Assembly: GCA_050575255.1 (NCBI GenBank)
Contig: JBNZDD010013723.1
Span: forward strand, 5,706,440 to 5,770,439
DNA: 64,000 bases
Source: Harriotta raleighana
Taxonomy: Eukaryota
Direction: 5' to 3'
Part shown: piece by piece, positions 1 through 11,635 of the stretch
Layout: every line of letters starts with the position of its first letter
Numbering within the stretch: the first letter of the stretch is position 1
Notes under the pieces: generated by a model
The model's database searches: none
What the model was told of the DNA's origin: nothing
Seen by the model: only the letters and a program-made list of their open reading frames with translations
Made by a program: the position numbers and the translations under genes

Positions 1-52
1 CTAATAACGAAACAACGTTGACCGAAGCAACGTTAAGTGAGGTCTACCTGTA
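1..52. mobile_element. End of a Tc1/mariner-Tigger-like MITE, truncated by the window edge
   Basis: Ends ...cgttaagtgaggtctacctg followed by TA, a Tigger-type terminus plus TA target; only one end is visible. Confidence 0.45.
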
Positions 53-689
53 TTTTATATTTTCACATGTAACACAGATAGCTCAATTGTGACAGGTTGT
101 TGGAAATGTTGAGCATATTCATCTATTCAAAGTTTGAAATGTATCTGAAGAGTATGGATAGTTACAAAGTAACCTGTGTGATGGGCAGGTCAAATCAATT
201 ACAGATTAATGATCTATATACAGTACATCTAAGTGCTGAATTGAAGGAACAATTTGTGAAGTAACCTTGGTTTTGTAGGGGAGCAAAATGGAATAAAGTA
301 CATTTGAGAATTTAATAGAAAACCAGGCTCAAAGTGCCATTCCAACTGATGGAATATCAGGATAACACCAGGATAGAGCACACACTCTGTTCCAATTAGG
401 GGGATAATTGCATGTGTGTTAAACTTACTTAGTTTGGATATTCTGAAACTGGTGATTAATGTTAAGGCTGAGCAAACAAAAATCCTGCAATCAGGCAACA
501 CCAACAATAAAATTACATTTGTATAGAACAGTTAAACTAACATCCACCCAAATATGTTCAATAAAATGCCATATTAATTAGAAATTTCACTTGTTTATGG
601 GATGTTGCTGTTGCAAATTAGCTGTCATTTTGCATCCATAATATTTATTTCCCTTATAATTCTCATTTTGTGAAATACTTTGAAATATT

Positions 690-1640
690 TCTGTGTATTC
701 CGAAGGGACCATTCCCTCTGTAACTCCCTGGTTCATTCCTCCATCAACACCAAAAGTTGCTCGGCTTCCCCCGGCATCTTCACATGCCAGCACAAGAGAT
801 GCAATACCTGCCCTTTCACCTCTTCCCAGACCACTGTCCAAGGCCCCAAGCACAGTTTTCATGTGAAATAGCGATTGACGTACTACCACCAATGTAGTAT
901 ATTGCATCTGCTGCTCACGATGTGGTTTCCTTTGCATTGGGGAGACTAAATGCAGATTGGTTAACCGATTTTCCGAAAACCTCCGTTCTGTCCACCGCCA
1001 TTTCAACTCTCTTTCCCACTCGCAGTCTGACCTCTCCATCCACGGTCTCCTATGCGATTCCAATGAACTGCAGCGCAAGCTCAAGGAACAGCACCTTATC
1101 TATCTCCTGTTGAACTGACAGCCCTCTGGCCTTTCAACAATTTCAGGCCGTAGCAGCTCACCTTCCCCCTCTCCTGCAACTATCTGATCTGCCTGTTCTT
1201 TGGCAATTTCACCCCCTCTTTGTTTTAATGTTATTAACACCCGTTCTCTCCAGTTTTGTTGCAATTTCCCCTTTTGTTTCACAACGTTAACACCTCTTTA
1301 ACCCATCATCTCCTGTCCTCTACCCCATTTTCTCCCTTGTCTTCCTTGCCCTACCTCTCCCTCTCTGTTAANCGTTCTCTCCAATTTTGTTGCAATTTCC
1401 CCTTTTGTTTCACAACGTTAACACCTCTTTAACCCATCATCTCCTGTCCTCTACCCCATTTTCTCCCTTGTCTTCCTTGCCCTACCTCTCCCTCTCTGTT
1501 AATCCTTAAAAGCCTCACCTTCCCAACATTCCCCAGTTCTGCTGAAGGGTCATGGACCCGAAATGTTAACTCACTTTTTCTTTCTCCATTGATCCTGCCT
1601 GACCTGCAGAGTGTTTCCAGCATCTGCAGTACTTTATGTT
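690..1640 (+). mobile_element. Penelope-like retroelement 3' fragment (degenerate GIY-YIG endonuclease region plus tail)
   Basis: Translates RRDHSLCNSLVHSS...CQHKRCNTCPFT...QGPKHSFHVK, then frameshifted VVYCICCSRCGFLCIGETKCRL. The tail gaagggtc...cccgaaatgttaact...gcctgacctgc...tttccagca is typical of shark PLEs. Confidence 0.75.
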
Positions 1641-3748
1641 TTTGTTTAGTTCAATGTTAGAGATCAAGATATCTCTTTATTTTAGTTTGGAAGTAAGGTT
1701 ACAGCCAGCCTCTATTCCTTATATTAAAAGCAGATTCTTTATTCAGGTATACTCATAGAGCTGACACTAAAGCATATAAAATAACATGACTACAAGACAA
1801 GCATCATTATCTAGGTTTCTCTTAATGCAATCTCATACACCAATACTACCAGGCACGCATTCTTCGAGGTTCAAGGGAAATAGTCCTTTCCTCTTCTTTC
1901 TCCTCTCATCTTACCTGTCGTTAAACAGAACAACTGGAACTATGATGAGTTCCAGTAGTTCTGGACAACAGTGGCAGGCTGGAGATCTTGGCTTACCGAG
2001 ACACTCCCCAACTGTTGTAATGAGACACTCTTTCTCTCCTATCTTTATACTTCTCCAACAGCCTCATCATAACTATCTCAGCCAGTTGATCACTTGGACA
2101 TTGTCCAGAAGCGATGTCAAAACCAGACAATTAAAAGGCCAGGTTTGTAGGGAGTTCTTGGCCTCCCTTCTTTTCCCAGACCTTGAGATGGCTCTCCTGG
2201 TACTCACTTGGCAATTTCCCAAACGTTGTGTCTAGCTCTACCTTCTTTCTGGCCTGAAGCCCCCTCCACAGTACATTCCTTTGCGCCTTTGTTACTATAT
2301 CTTGAGCTCACTCTCCTTAAATTTTTTATTTATCCTAGAAGCTGCTGATGTTATTGCGCACAGACCAACACCCAAAGCCATTCGAGCGCAGAGGAACGCG
2401 CACCCGCGCAGACGATCTCCCCTCCTTCCTGCTCAAGGTTGCTGACCATGCCTGTGTTGTTAATAATTGTTTTAATTGGTGTCTGATTGGAACCAACTAT
2501 AATTAATTGTTAATATCTCCATATCCCAACATCAAGATTGTTGGCCAATTTGGGATAAAATAAACCCCTCTTTCAATAGCGCCATGTTTAATGTCCACCT
2601 TAACAGACAGACAGAATCTCTGTAGTGAATCTTAGACTATGTCCTGACTTCTTTACTCACATTCTCATCTTCACCTTTTTAAATTGGTAGTTAATCGATT
2701 AACATACTTATTGATGTTTCTGTTACAAATTACCTTTATTAGAATGAAGCTATGAATTAGAAAATTCACGTTTAAGTTAAACAACGAATAAATGTAAGAC
2801 TCAATGAAGTCTTCATATGAACTTTGATGAATGTTCACTCCTGGAATCTGCTGGTTCTAGATAAATTGCTTTTATTGCTATTAGGCATATTTTACATTTC
2901 AATTCTTCCAATTTGCAATTGTCAAGCATATTTAACTGCTCCCGTTTATCTCCTTAAGATCAGTAATTACAGTACTATGAAACATTGAGACATTGTTATA
3001 AAAGTGCTGCCTACAGTTAAAGATGCAAAACATAGTGATCATGAAGTCCACAAGAGGTACAGTATGTCCCGTTTAATGTTCGAGTTAATTCTCAGTACAT
3101 GGCACTCAGTACATTCAACTACTGCGCTCTCCCCGTCCACTCCCATAATTTCTGTGATCATAATTGTTTATTATGTACACCCAGCTGTGGTCCAATTTCT
3201 ACTTGAGACCATGTAAACAGATGGCAAATTCACAGTTGAATAATCCCTTCCCTCCCTCCAGCTGCCTCCACTTTATGTGCTAGTGATGTGGAATGTTAAA
3301 TCAATTTTTATTATGATTTCTGTCTGTAAAAAATTGAATTATGGTGAGATTCAAAATACTTCAGTCCTTCCCCTTGGTAAGATGTTTAACATTTCTCATG
3401 ATTAGCTAAATTACCCAAACACAAACTTAGCTTCTAAAGGGTTTTTGTATTTAAACTAGTCGTTTTTTTAGTCTGCACATTTTAAATTTTATAAATCGCA
3501 TATTCAGTGCATTGTGTGTGTGGGTGTGTGAGAAAAGATCCATGTAAAGCCTAGGTTGTGATGTAAGAGATGTGTCCCAGTTTGTACAGAAATTGGAATT
3601 AAATTATAATGTACAAGCTTCTCTGATGTAAAAGAAAATATTGTCTGTTGTCCTACCTGACATTTTCACAACCTTCTAGTTCATACTTAATAGTTTTCCA
3701 ATGGAAATTCATTGGTAAGGTCAGCAAACAGGCTCACACAATTGAATT

Positions 3749-3932
3749 TATAATAATCCTTGCATTTGATATAGCGCTTTTCATGTCTTCTAGACTTCTC
3801 AAAGCGCTTCACAGAATATACTATAAAGTGAATTGACTGTATATTTGTGGGCAAAACGCAGCAGCCAATTGTGCACAGCAGTGTCCCATAAACCATTGTG
3901 GATTGAAATGATCAATTTATTGAAATGACCAA
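3749..3932 (-). mobile_element. Dominant tRNA/Deu SINE, 5'-truncated copy
   Basis: Matches the 3' half of the full copies (tail ...gcgctatatcaaatgcaaggattattat, Deu-like gggacactgctgtgcacaattggctgc). Confidence 0.85.
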
Positions 3933-5259
3933 TTTATAATTTTTATATATCTTGAAATGAAAAACAATCTGATGAAATATTATTAGGGTGATGAGGTATT
4001 TCCACCAGTTAATGTTGTAGGGTGCAAACATTTGGAGTGAAATATATCCATGCTCATGTGAAGAAGCTGTACACCAATGTAGATAATTTAAAAATGAGAT
4101 TGAAATATAATTGAATCGAGACATCCACCTCTACGATGGGGCATGCTGTTTGAAGAATTAATGCAATTCAAGGTAGCTAATCTACCGTGCCTTCAGCTCC
4201 CCTCTCGACTCTCTACCTCCTCCTTGCTCNACATCCACCTCTACGATGGGGCATGCTGTTTGAAGAATTAATGCAATTCAAGGTAGCTAATCTGTTTAAA
4301 ATAAGTCATTTTCATCCCTCAGATCCTACCCTACATGAAGGCAGCTATATAAATGCAAATGGTTGTTATAGCCTTTGAGCAGTCGAAAGAATCATTCCTG
4401 GTAAATGCGTTTCTGAATGACTTCCCTCTTAAGTTCAATTACAACATGTAGTGTACTGTAGTGTAATACTTAGAGCACTTGCCTCACAAGCAAGATGACC
4501 TGGGTTTGATTCCCGGGGAGGACAAAACCTGATCTAACATGAATCTGAATTTAGCCCTGTCTGAGGCAAATGTATGTTACAACTTTAAATGCCTTGGGAC
4601 GTCCTCCGAATTGAAAGGTGCTATATACAATATATATATATATCTATATAATTTTGTTGTTAAACTAGCTGTGAAGGAAAATTCTGACAATTCTTTGTGC
4701 TCTGATGGTTAAACATAATCTTTATTCAGGAATATTAAGTTGAAAACAGTCACTGGAAGAAACTGATGCTTGCATTATTGTATGGTGCAGATGTTCACAA
4801 ATTAAAATTGGACATAAAAAAGTTTGCTTTNTAATATATATATATATATATCTATATAATTTTGTTGTTAAACTAGCTGTGAAGGAAAATTCTGACAATT
4901 CTTTGTGCTCTGATGGTTAAACATAATCTTTATTCAGGAATATTAAGTTGAAAACAGTCACTGGAAGAAACTGATGCTTGCATTATTGTATGGTGCAGAT
5001 GTTCACAAATTAAAATTGGACATAAAAAAGTTTGCTTTCAGAATGCAAATGATGCTCCAGTTGATGTGGTAATGTCAGATTTACGTGATTTAATCAAGAT
5101 TTGTAATATACAATAATCATCACTTAAAATTTAAAAAATATTCCTATTAATCTCCAGAATCCAACATTGAAATCATAATACGTACTTTCTTTAAAATTAT
5201 TTTCCCTTTTCCTGACCATTACTATTGTAGGTTTCAAATGGGAAGCCAGTTCTCCTGTA

Positions 5260-5480
5260 CAATTCCAGGTAGCCATTCTTGAACAAATCTAAAAGGCTGG
5301 TTGTAGTAAGCTATTGATCTTGCAATGGATTACAACTGAGCCCAGGCCTCTCTTCATCCAACTATAGACTTTCCAGCATTAGGCAGGAGTGGGGTCTTTG
5401 GCTTATTTCTTGTTTAGAAGTGCTACACTCAACTGTGGCATTGGATCACTTACACAGCTGATTTCAACCAGCACAGCATA
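5260..5480 (-). mobile_element. Old degenerate SINE (AmnSINE2-like); related copy at ~36245-36480
   Basis: Shares decayed motifs (g(t/c)agccattcttg / gtggccattattc; cagctga...) with 36245-36480. Family name is from memory and not verified. Confidence 0.35.
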
Positions 5481-5509
5481 AGCCAAATGCTCAATTTGAT
5501 ACCAAAGTA

Positions 5510-5911
5510 CAGTAAAAACTTGTTTATCTGTTATCCAACCAACCGGCATGCTCAACCAACCGGTATCTCCCAACACAATTCACCATTCCAGCAACCGGAT
5601 CTCATCCAGGACATTCGCGGAATACTCACTTTACACATGCATGGGCATGCGCACTTATTAAACTTATCGAATGCTGGAATGCTTTTTTACCGATCATTTT
5701 ACCGAGTGTGCAGAAATGCTTTACTGTATTGATAAGGATCCATACAATATTCTGTTATTATTTAGTCTATTATTAATATGGAACTGTATGTATTAAAATA
5801 AGTAAATTTTTTGTGTAGGATTTTCGGCAACTTGCCGCTCGAATAACCGGCATGTTTGATAAATCAGCACTGGTCAGGTCCCGAGGGTGCAGGATAACAA
5901 AGGATTTACTG
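5510..5911. mobile_element. Non-autonomous Tc1/mariner (Tigger/pogo-like) MITE
   Basis: TIRs cagtaaaaacttgtttatc / gataacaaaggatttactg, TA on both sides; homologous to 50050-50356. Confidence 0.85.
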
Positions 5912-5989
5912 TACATTTACTGTCAGTGGGAAAGCTTGAGTGCATTGTATAGGATACAGTGCTTTTATGTAACAATATATTCACATTAG

Positions 5990-6112
5990 TCATTGTAATT
6001 TCTCTTCTGCTCTTTTGCTTCTTTCTATCAGTTCAAGTAGAGCTTCTTCTTCTGCTGCTTCCAACAGGTTGTTAATTAGTTCATCCAACTGTCTCCCACT
6101 AGATATAAATTC
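5990..6112 (-). CDS. MTRF1: Mitochondrial translational release factor 1, last coding exon (9 of 9)
   Basis: ttatag acceptor; EFISSGRQLDELINNLLEAAEEEALLELIERSKRAEEKLQ then TGA. Confidence 0.9.
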   Translation of the reverse strand, partial: EFISSGRQLDELINNLLEAAEEEALLELIERSKRAEEKLQ

Positions 6113-6301
6113 CTATAACAAAACAAAATAATTAACCATTGCGCGACAACACATACTGCCTAAGTGTGTCATTGAAAACTTAACTAAAGTATTCAAAGGA
6201 TGGCCTTTCCACATTCCAAGACTTTCGTAGGTTATCGATTTAAGAGGTTTTTCTTCAACACACGGGGGTACACATGCACAAACATAACACAAAATACTAA
6301 C

Positions 6302-6400
6302 CATAATGTCATGCATGACATAATTAATTCTGTGATCTGTGATCCTGTCCTGGCTGAAATTATATGAACGTATTCTTTCTGATTGGGTTCTTGTTCCAAC
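6302..6400 (-). CDS. MTRF1: MTRF1 coding exon 8
   Basis: 99 nt, AG/GT; [25 protein letters not shown], the RF1 RxYNFxQxRxTDHRI motif. Confidence 0.95.
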
Positions 6401-7139
6401 CTATTGTACATAAAGAAAAATATAATTTTTCCTACTGCAATGTACATCTACACTTTTAGCAAGCTATAGCAACTGATTTCATCCAGGAAGAGTATATTGA
6501 GACATTGAGGTATAAGATTTTGAGNTCTACACTTTTAGCAAGCTATAGCAACCGATTTCATCCAGGAAGAGTATATTGAGACATTGAGGTATAAGATTTT
6601 GAGAGTCATAATTGAATTGTAATTCGTGAATCCTCCAGATACTGACATGTAGGAGGTTACTGGACCTGTTGGAACTTCTCTCAGGTATATATTGGTGCCA
6701 ATCTTCTGTTAGATTTAAGGAGCGACCTTTAACTGCAATCCATTTACACACAAATCAGAGATTGATGCCCAAATGCAGCTCCACTAGGTCAAGTCCCAAC
6801 ATGTCCAGCTACCTGCAGGATTTGCTAGATACTCATCCATGTGTGACTCTTGCACATTGAACATAAGTATCAAATGAGATGAATATCCATTCATCAGGGT
6901 ACATAATAAATGAATAACCATGTTTTTTATGACCACTAGAGATATTAAGCTGCATCTTGTAATTTCCAGTTCCGGTCAGGAATCAAGCCAGGTTTGCAGT
7001 GCATGTCCGACAGCTTCAAAACTTAGAATACATAAACATAAGAAGCACTGTGTCTGAGAAGATCTAATCTATAATTTTTTACCTCATCTCATCTTTTACG
7101 ACAACATTATTCGCAAGTGTATTAAACAGATGCAATGAT

Positions 7140-7470
7140 TGAGAGAGGACCTGACAGAGGTATTTCTAATTATTTAAGGATTCAAAAACTTGAACATCAA
7201 TAGCTGTTTCCACTTGTTGGTGAGTCCAAAACAAGTGGGATAAACATGAGATAACCAATAGTTGGTTTAAAAGAGGGTTTTAGAAAAAACCTCTGTAGAC
7301 AGTGTATTGAAAATGTGGAACTCACTGCTGGAACTTTGTTTGAAGCTGAAAGCTAAAATATTAAACTTGATGCATACATCATTTAGAAAGGTAAGGAAGG
7401 CTTAAGTGAGAATAAGCATGGACTAGTTGAGCCAAATGGGAAATTGACTTGCTGAACATTCTATATAATT
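7140..7470 (+). mobile_element. CR1 LINE 3' fragment, decayed
   Basis: Remnants of RGDLxEVF...LFPLVGESKT.G...WNSL and CR1 3' UTR (gagccaaatggg...ttctatataattc). Confidence 0.6.
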
Positions 7471-7706
7471 CCCTTAAAAGCTTCATTGGGAAGTTTGTAT
7501 TTTATTTATTTTATCTCTATCCTTCTTTTCCATTCTTCCAGTTTGTTTCACCTGCTTCAAACACAGGTTTAGTGGGGAAATTGTCTTTATTGTTATCAGT
7601 GAAAATCAACAAAGATGTACATTTGAAAATGCATATCAGGATTTCTTAGCTTAACCATAGTTATTGACTTTTCAGTCGGATGAAGTTTAATATTATAGCT
7701 TATTAC

Positions 7707-7843
7707 CTGCAGCTTTCGTGTGCTCTGCCTCTGTTCCATCTCTCTTTCTGAAACCTGATGATATAGTTTAGCTTTAAGTGCACGCATGGCCAACTCTCGA
7801 TTCCTTAACTGTGAACGCTGTTGTTGGCATTCTACTGTTAAAC
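7707..7843 (-). CDS. MTRF1: MTRF1 coding exon 7
   Basis: 137 nt, AG/GT; LTVECQQQRSQLRNRELAMRALKAKLYHQ...RKLQ. Confidence 0.95.
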
Positions 7844-8064
7844 CTTAAAAAAAACTGTTTGTGAGAACAAGGCCAATTCATTCAGTTTAATTGAAAAGAA
7901 GATTGTCAGTTCAATTTTCCTTAGCCTTAGCATCAGTACAGATTACAAACAGAGTTTAAGACAGTTGAAGAAACTTATTTCTGATAATCATTTGTCATTA
8001 GATCAGATGGGCTACAAAAAGGTACCAATTTAAGCATGTTAATGTAACTTAAGCATCTGCTCAC

Positions 8065-8182
8065 CTGTTGGAATATGAACAATTCTGATTGCGCTCTCCG
8101 TCGTGTTTATATGCTGTCCTCCTGCCCCTTTGGCTCTAAATGTGTCAATCCTCAAATCATCAGGCCGTATTTTGATATCTAT
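8065..8182 (-). CDS. MTRF1: MTRF1 coding exon 6, carrying the GGQ catalytic motif
   Basis: 118 nt, AG/GT; [39 protein letters not shown]; GGQ at 8114-8122. Confidence 0.97.
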
Positions 8183-8353
8183 CTGGATTAAAGATTGGAA
8201 TAGAAAATTAGCTTCTTGTCTCTAAATAAATCTGGAAACTCAGGTATTTAAAAGAAATTCAGACAATAAATTGAACTTTTTATGAAACCTATTATTAGAG
8301 GATTTCTACTGCTCTATTGCAAATGCAGCAACAAAAACAACAGAATTAAATTT

Positions 8354-8662
8354 ATAATAATAATGCTTGCATTTGAGATAGAGCTTTTCACATTTTCTAG
8401 AGTCTCAAAGCGCTTCACAGAATATACTGTAAAGTGAGTTGACTGTATATATATGTGGGCGAAACACGGCATCCAATTGCGCATATCAGTGTCCCACAAA
8501 CAGCCATGGATTGAAATGGCCAATTTCTTTTTAAAAAATTGTGGAGGGATTATTAAGCGTGTGGAATAAGGAAATTTATCCATGGTTTTGTCTTGCCTGG
8601 GATTGAACCCAGGTCTCTTGTTTGTGAAGCAAGTGCTCTAACACTGAGCTACAGGACTCCAC
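8354..8662 (-). mobile_element. tRNA/Deu SINE, full-length short form
   Basis: Head with A box (tagctcagtgttagagc) and B box (ggttcaatcc), Deu-like body, (ATT)n tail. Confidence 0.9.
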
Positions 8663-8934
8663 AAATATATTTCCAGAGTGCATTTCACGTCGGGAGGTCG
8701 TCCCAAGGCATGAACAGTCAGGGGTCGGGACCTGAGCATGGGGATCATTCTAACTAGTAATATCCCACAAACAGACAATCTGGAGATTTTTTTTAGTAAT
8801 AATCCCTGCATTTGATAAGGCACCTTCACAATCGGAGGGCATCTCAAAGTTCTTCACAGGATTTGCCTGCAGAATAGTAATTCCACTTTACAGTATAAAC
8901 TGTGAAGGACTTCAATACATTCTCCTGGCATAAA

Positions 8935-9259
8935 AATAATAATAATAATAATCCTTGCATTTGATATAGCGCTTTTCACATCTTATCGACGTCCCAAAGC
9001 GCTTCACAGAATATACTGTAAAGTGAATTGACTGTATATTTCTGGGCACAATGCGGCAGCCAATTGCGCACAGCAGCGTCCCACAAACAGTCATGGATTG
9101 AAATGACCAATTTTATTATTGTTGTATTTTTGGAGGGATTATTATTAGGCATGTGGAGTAAGGAAACTTGCCCAAGGTTTCGCCCTGATCTGCCGGGATT
9201 CGAACACAGGTCTCATGCTTATAAAACAAGTGCTCTAACCATTAAGCCACAGGAGCTCC
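8935..9259 (-). mobile_element. tRNA/Deu SINE, full-length short form, young subfamily
   Basis: Near-identical to 13371-13704; head ggagctcctgtggcttaatggttagagc...gttcgaatcc. Confidence 0.92.
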
Positions 9260-9445
9260 ACGGAGCTAAAAGGAGCCGTATCAAATTCAACAACAACAAA
9301 ATTACATTTGTACATTGCCTTTCATGTCGCGAGAACGTCCCAAGGTGCTGGACAGTGTTTTGGACCCGAACTGGGGAAAATCGAGAAAGGATGAAGCATT
9401 AAAAAGCCATGAACCAACTAACTAACTACTGACTGACAATCTCAC

Positions 9446-9618
9446 CTCATCAAACTGGGGTAGAACAATGACGGCCATTGTGCCAGTATGAATGCGCTGC
9501 ATTCGAGATGACAGCCCCACTTCAGGAATCCTCTGAACTCGATGTGTCCCACCTTCATACTTCAAACACTTGTAAACATTTTTCCCTGAAATACAGGCTG
9601 AAGCATGATGTAATCCTC
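9446..9618 (-). CDS. MTRF1: MTRF1 coding exon 5 (codon-recognition loop)
   Basis: 173 nt, AG/GT; GLHHASACISGKNVYKCLKYEGGTHRVQRIPEVGLSSRMQRIHTGTMAVIVLPQFDE. PEVGLS distinguishes MTRF1 from MTRF1L (PxT). Confidence 0.97.
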
Positions 9619-9777
9619 CTGGAAGAAGAAAGCACACCTCAGAAAACAAGCTTAGTTAAAAAAATTAACCATTGCATCCAATCGTAAAAGACTAGTTTAT
9701 TGGTGGTAGGCTTGTCTTTGCAGGCAAAATCAAAGTAAAAGCCATGTTAATCTGATTATTCAGATAAAACAAATTAC

Positions 9778-9885
9778 CATAATCAGCAGATGTATAGTTC
9801 AGCACTTCAAAGCTCCAGTTTTTGTAGTTGGCATAATGGCGGTACATATCAAAAATCTCTTTGGTGAACTGCTGGCAAATATCAC
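9778..9885 (-). CDS. MTRF1: MTRF1 coding exon 4
   Basis: 108 nt, AG/GT; DICQQFTKEIFDMYRHYANYKNWSFEVLNYTSADY. Confidence 0.95.
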
Positions 9886-10035
9886 CTGGAAAAAAAAATC
9901 AAGCAGGTCACAATAAAAGTAGCAGTGGTTAGAAATATATACTGTTACAAGAATTAAAACCATTCACATAGAATAGGCATTTTCAGCACAGATGGTGGCC
10001 ATTCAATTGGTGATTTAGTTTTAAAAATTATTATA

Positions 10036-10791
10036 CAGTAAAACCTTGTTTATCCGTGACTCGAATAATCGGAAAACCTGTTCAACCGCCACCTCAAAAA
10101 AAAGTCCCGGTCCAACTTAGTTATTAAGTTATCGCGACGCGTTGAATGTCGGGTTTAAACTCGTTCCTTTTAAAACTTGCGGTTTTTATTTTACCTCGTT
10201 CGCATGGATGAGTGCCTGGTCGTTGGGAAGGTAAGTTAAATACTGCTACAGGTAGCGGCCAGAGAGAGGGAGGGAGGAGAGGGGGAAAGGGAGGGGAGGA
10301 AACGGAGAGAGAGAGGGAGTGGGGTGGAATGGAGAGAAAGAAAGGGGTGGGGGGAATGAGATATGGGGGAAAGGGAGAGAGAGAGATAGAGGAAAGGGAG
10401 GGTGGGACAGAATTTATATGATGGATTCAGACTGAATATCTTTGAGGGTCTGTGTCTATCTGTGTGTGTGTGTCTGCCTGTGTGTGTATGTATGTGTGTG
10501 TGTGCTGGCTGTTAGGTCTAAACTCGTTGCTTTTTAAACTCGCGTTTTTTACCTCCCGTCGAATCAGTGCTGCAGTTCCGAAGTTAAGTAGAAATAATAA
10601 TGTACTAATAGAATATTCTGTTATTATTTAGTCCATTATTAATATGATATGTGTCAAAATAATTTTTAATTTTGGGGAAAAAATTATATTTAATTAAAAA
10701 CAATTTTTAAAAAAAAATCCATTCAACCGGAAAAACCATTTAACCGCCACTGGCCAGGTCCCGTGGGTGCTGGATAAATAAGGTTTTACTG
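10036..10791. mobile_element. Tc1/mariner-type MITE, long internal variant
   Basis: TIRs cagtaaaaccttgtttatcc / ggataaataaggttttactg, TA on both sides; internal purine-rich and (GT)n tracts. Confidence 0.88.
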
Positions 10792-11059
10792 TAAATTAAA
10801 AATATAAAACATTCCTTGTAATTGATATAGAGCCTTATCACATTTGTAAGATGTGTCAAAGTGCTTCCCATGATTCAATGTAAAGTATAGTGGCTTTGTA
10901 CTTGTAGATGAATGTAACAGCCAATTTGTGCCCAACAAATTGCGAATTGCTATGAAATTAATGTTTTTTTTATATGAAAGATTGTTGGCCAGAGCACACA
11001 TTATCTAAAACAAAAAGCAGAAATTGCTGGGAATACTCAGCAGGTCAGGCAGCATCTAC

Positions 11060-11295
11060 ATGTTATCTAGGCTGACAATCCAATGCAGTGCTGGGGGAGA
11101 ACTGCATTGTTGGATGTGCCGTCTTTCAATGAGACATTAAGCCAAGGTTCCACCTGCCTTTCAGACGGATATAAAGGTCTCATGAACAATGCTCAAAAGA
11201 GAAGGGAGTTTCTGTCAGTGTCCTGGCAAACAATTACCTGAATCAGATTGATCATGCACTCCATGGCTCTTCGTGGACACTGCTGTATGCTAACA
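11060..11295 (+). mobile_element. Ancient DeuSINE (SacSINE1/AmnSINE1-like) fragment
   Basis: atctaggctgaca.tccaatgcagtgctg...gccgtctttcaatgagacattaagccaagg...gtgtcctggcaaaca; related pieces at ~27860-28110 and ~38400-38595. Confidence 0.65.
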
Positions 11296-11553
11296 TATAC
11301 CACTGGGGTAGGCATTAAAGCATAAATACCTTATCAATTCCTTTTTGACACATCCTGGAGTAAACTAATCTGCTAAACTTTGATGCATAAACATAATATT
11401 TTGAATGTAAAAATATATTAACCTGTAGAGTAATAATACATGTATGGTATTTATATAATTGCTTAACTTCTGCTCTAAAATGATGCAGGTTAGGTCACTA
11501 GATTTCTTGTATTATCAATGCAATCTTTTTTTAACCGTGCATTAAGATCTCAC

Positions 11554-11635
11554 CTCCGGTTGTTCTCCCAGCTGTCACCTCAAGAATCACATCTTTATCA
11601 TTATGTTCTTCCCTTTCCACTAGAGCTCGAACGAG
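11554..11635 (-). CDS. MTRF1: MTRF1 coding exon 3
   Basis: 82 nt, AG/GT; LVRALVEREEHNDKDVILEVTAGRTTG(G), with the MTRF1-type RT insert. Confidence 0.95.

Noticed and set aside
1243-1500. Apparent tandem duplications around single N bases (also ~4630-5040, 6447-6605, 18487-18629, 59665-60018, 61850-62225, 62203-62612, 62580-63135)
   Set aside because: Each pair is separated by exactly one N and is identical or differs by a few SNP-like changes, typical of unmerged contig overlaps or haplotypes rather than real duplications
1786-2235. 149-aa plus-strand ORF
   Set aside because: No recognisable domain, low-complexity composition; more plausibly the antisense of a non-coding exon/intron
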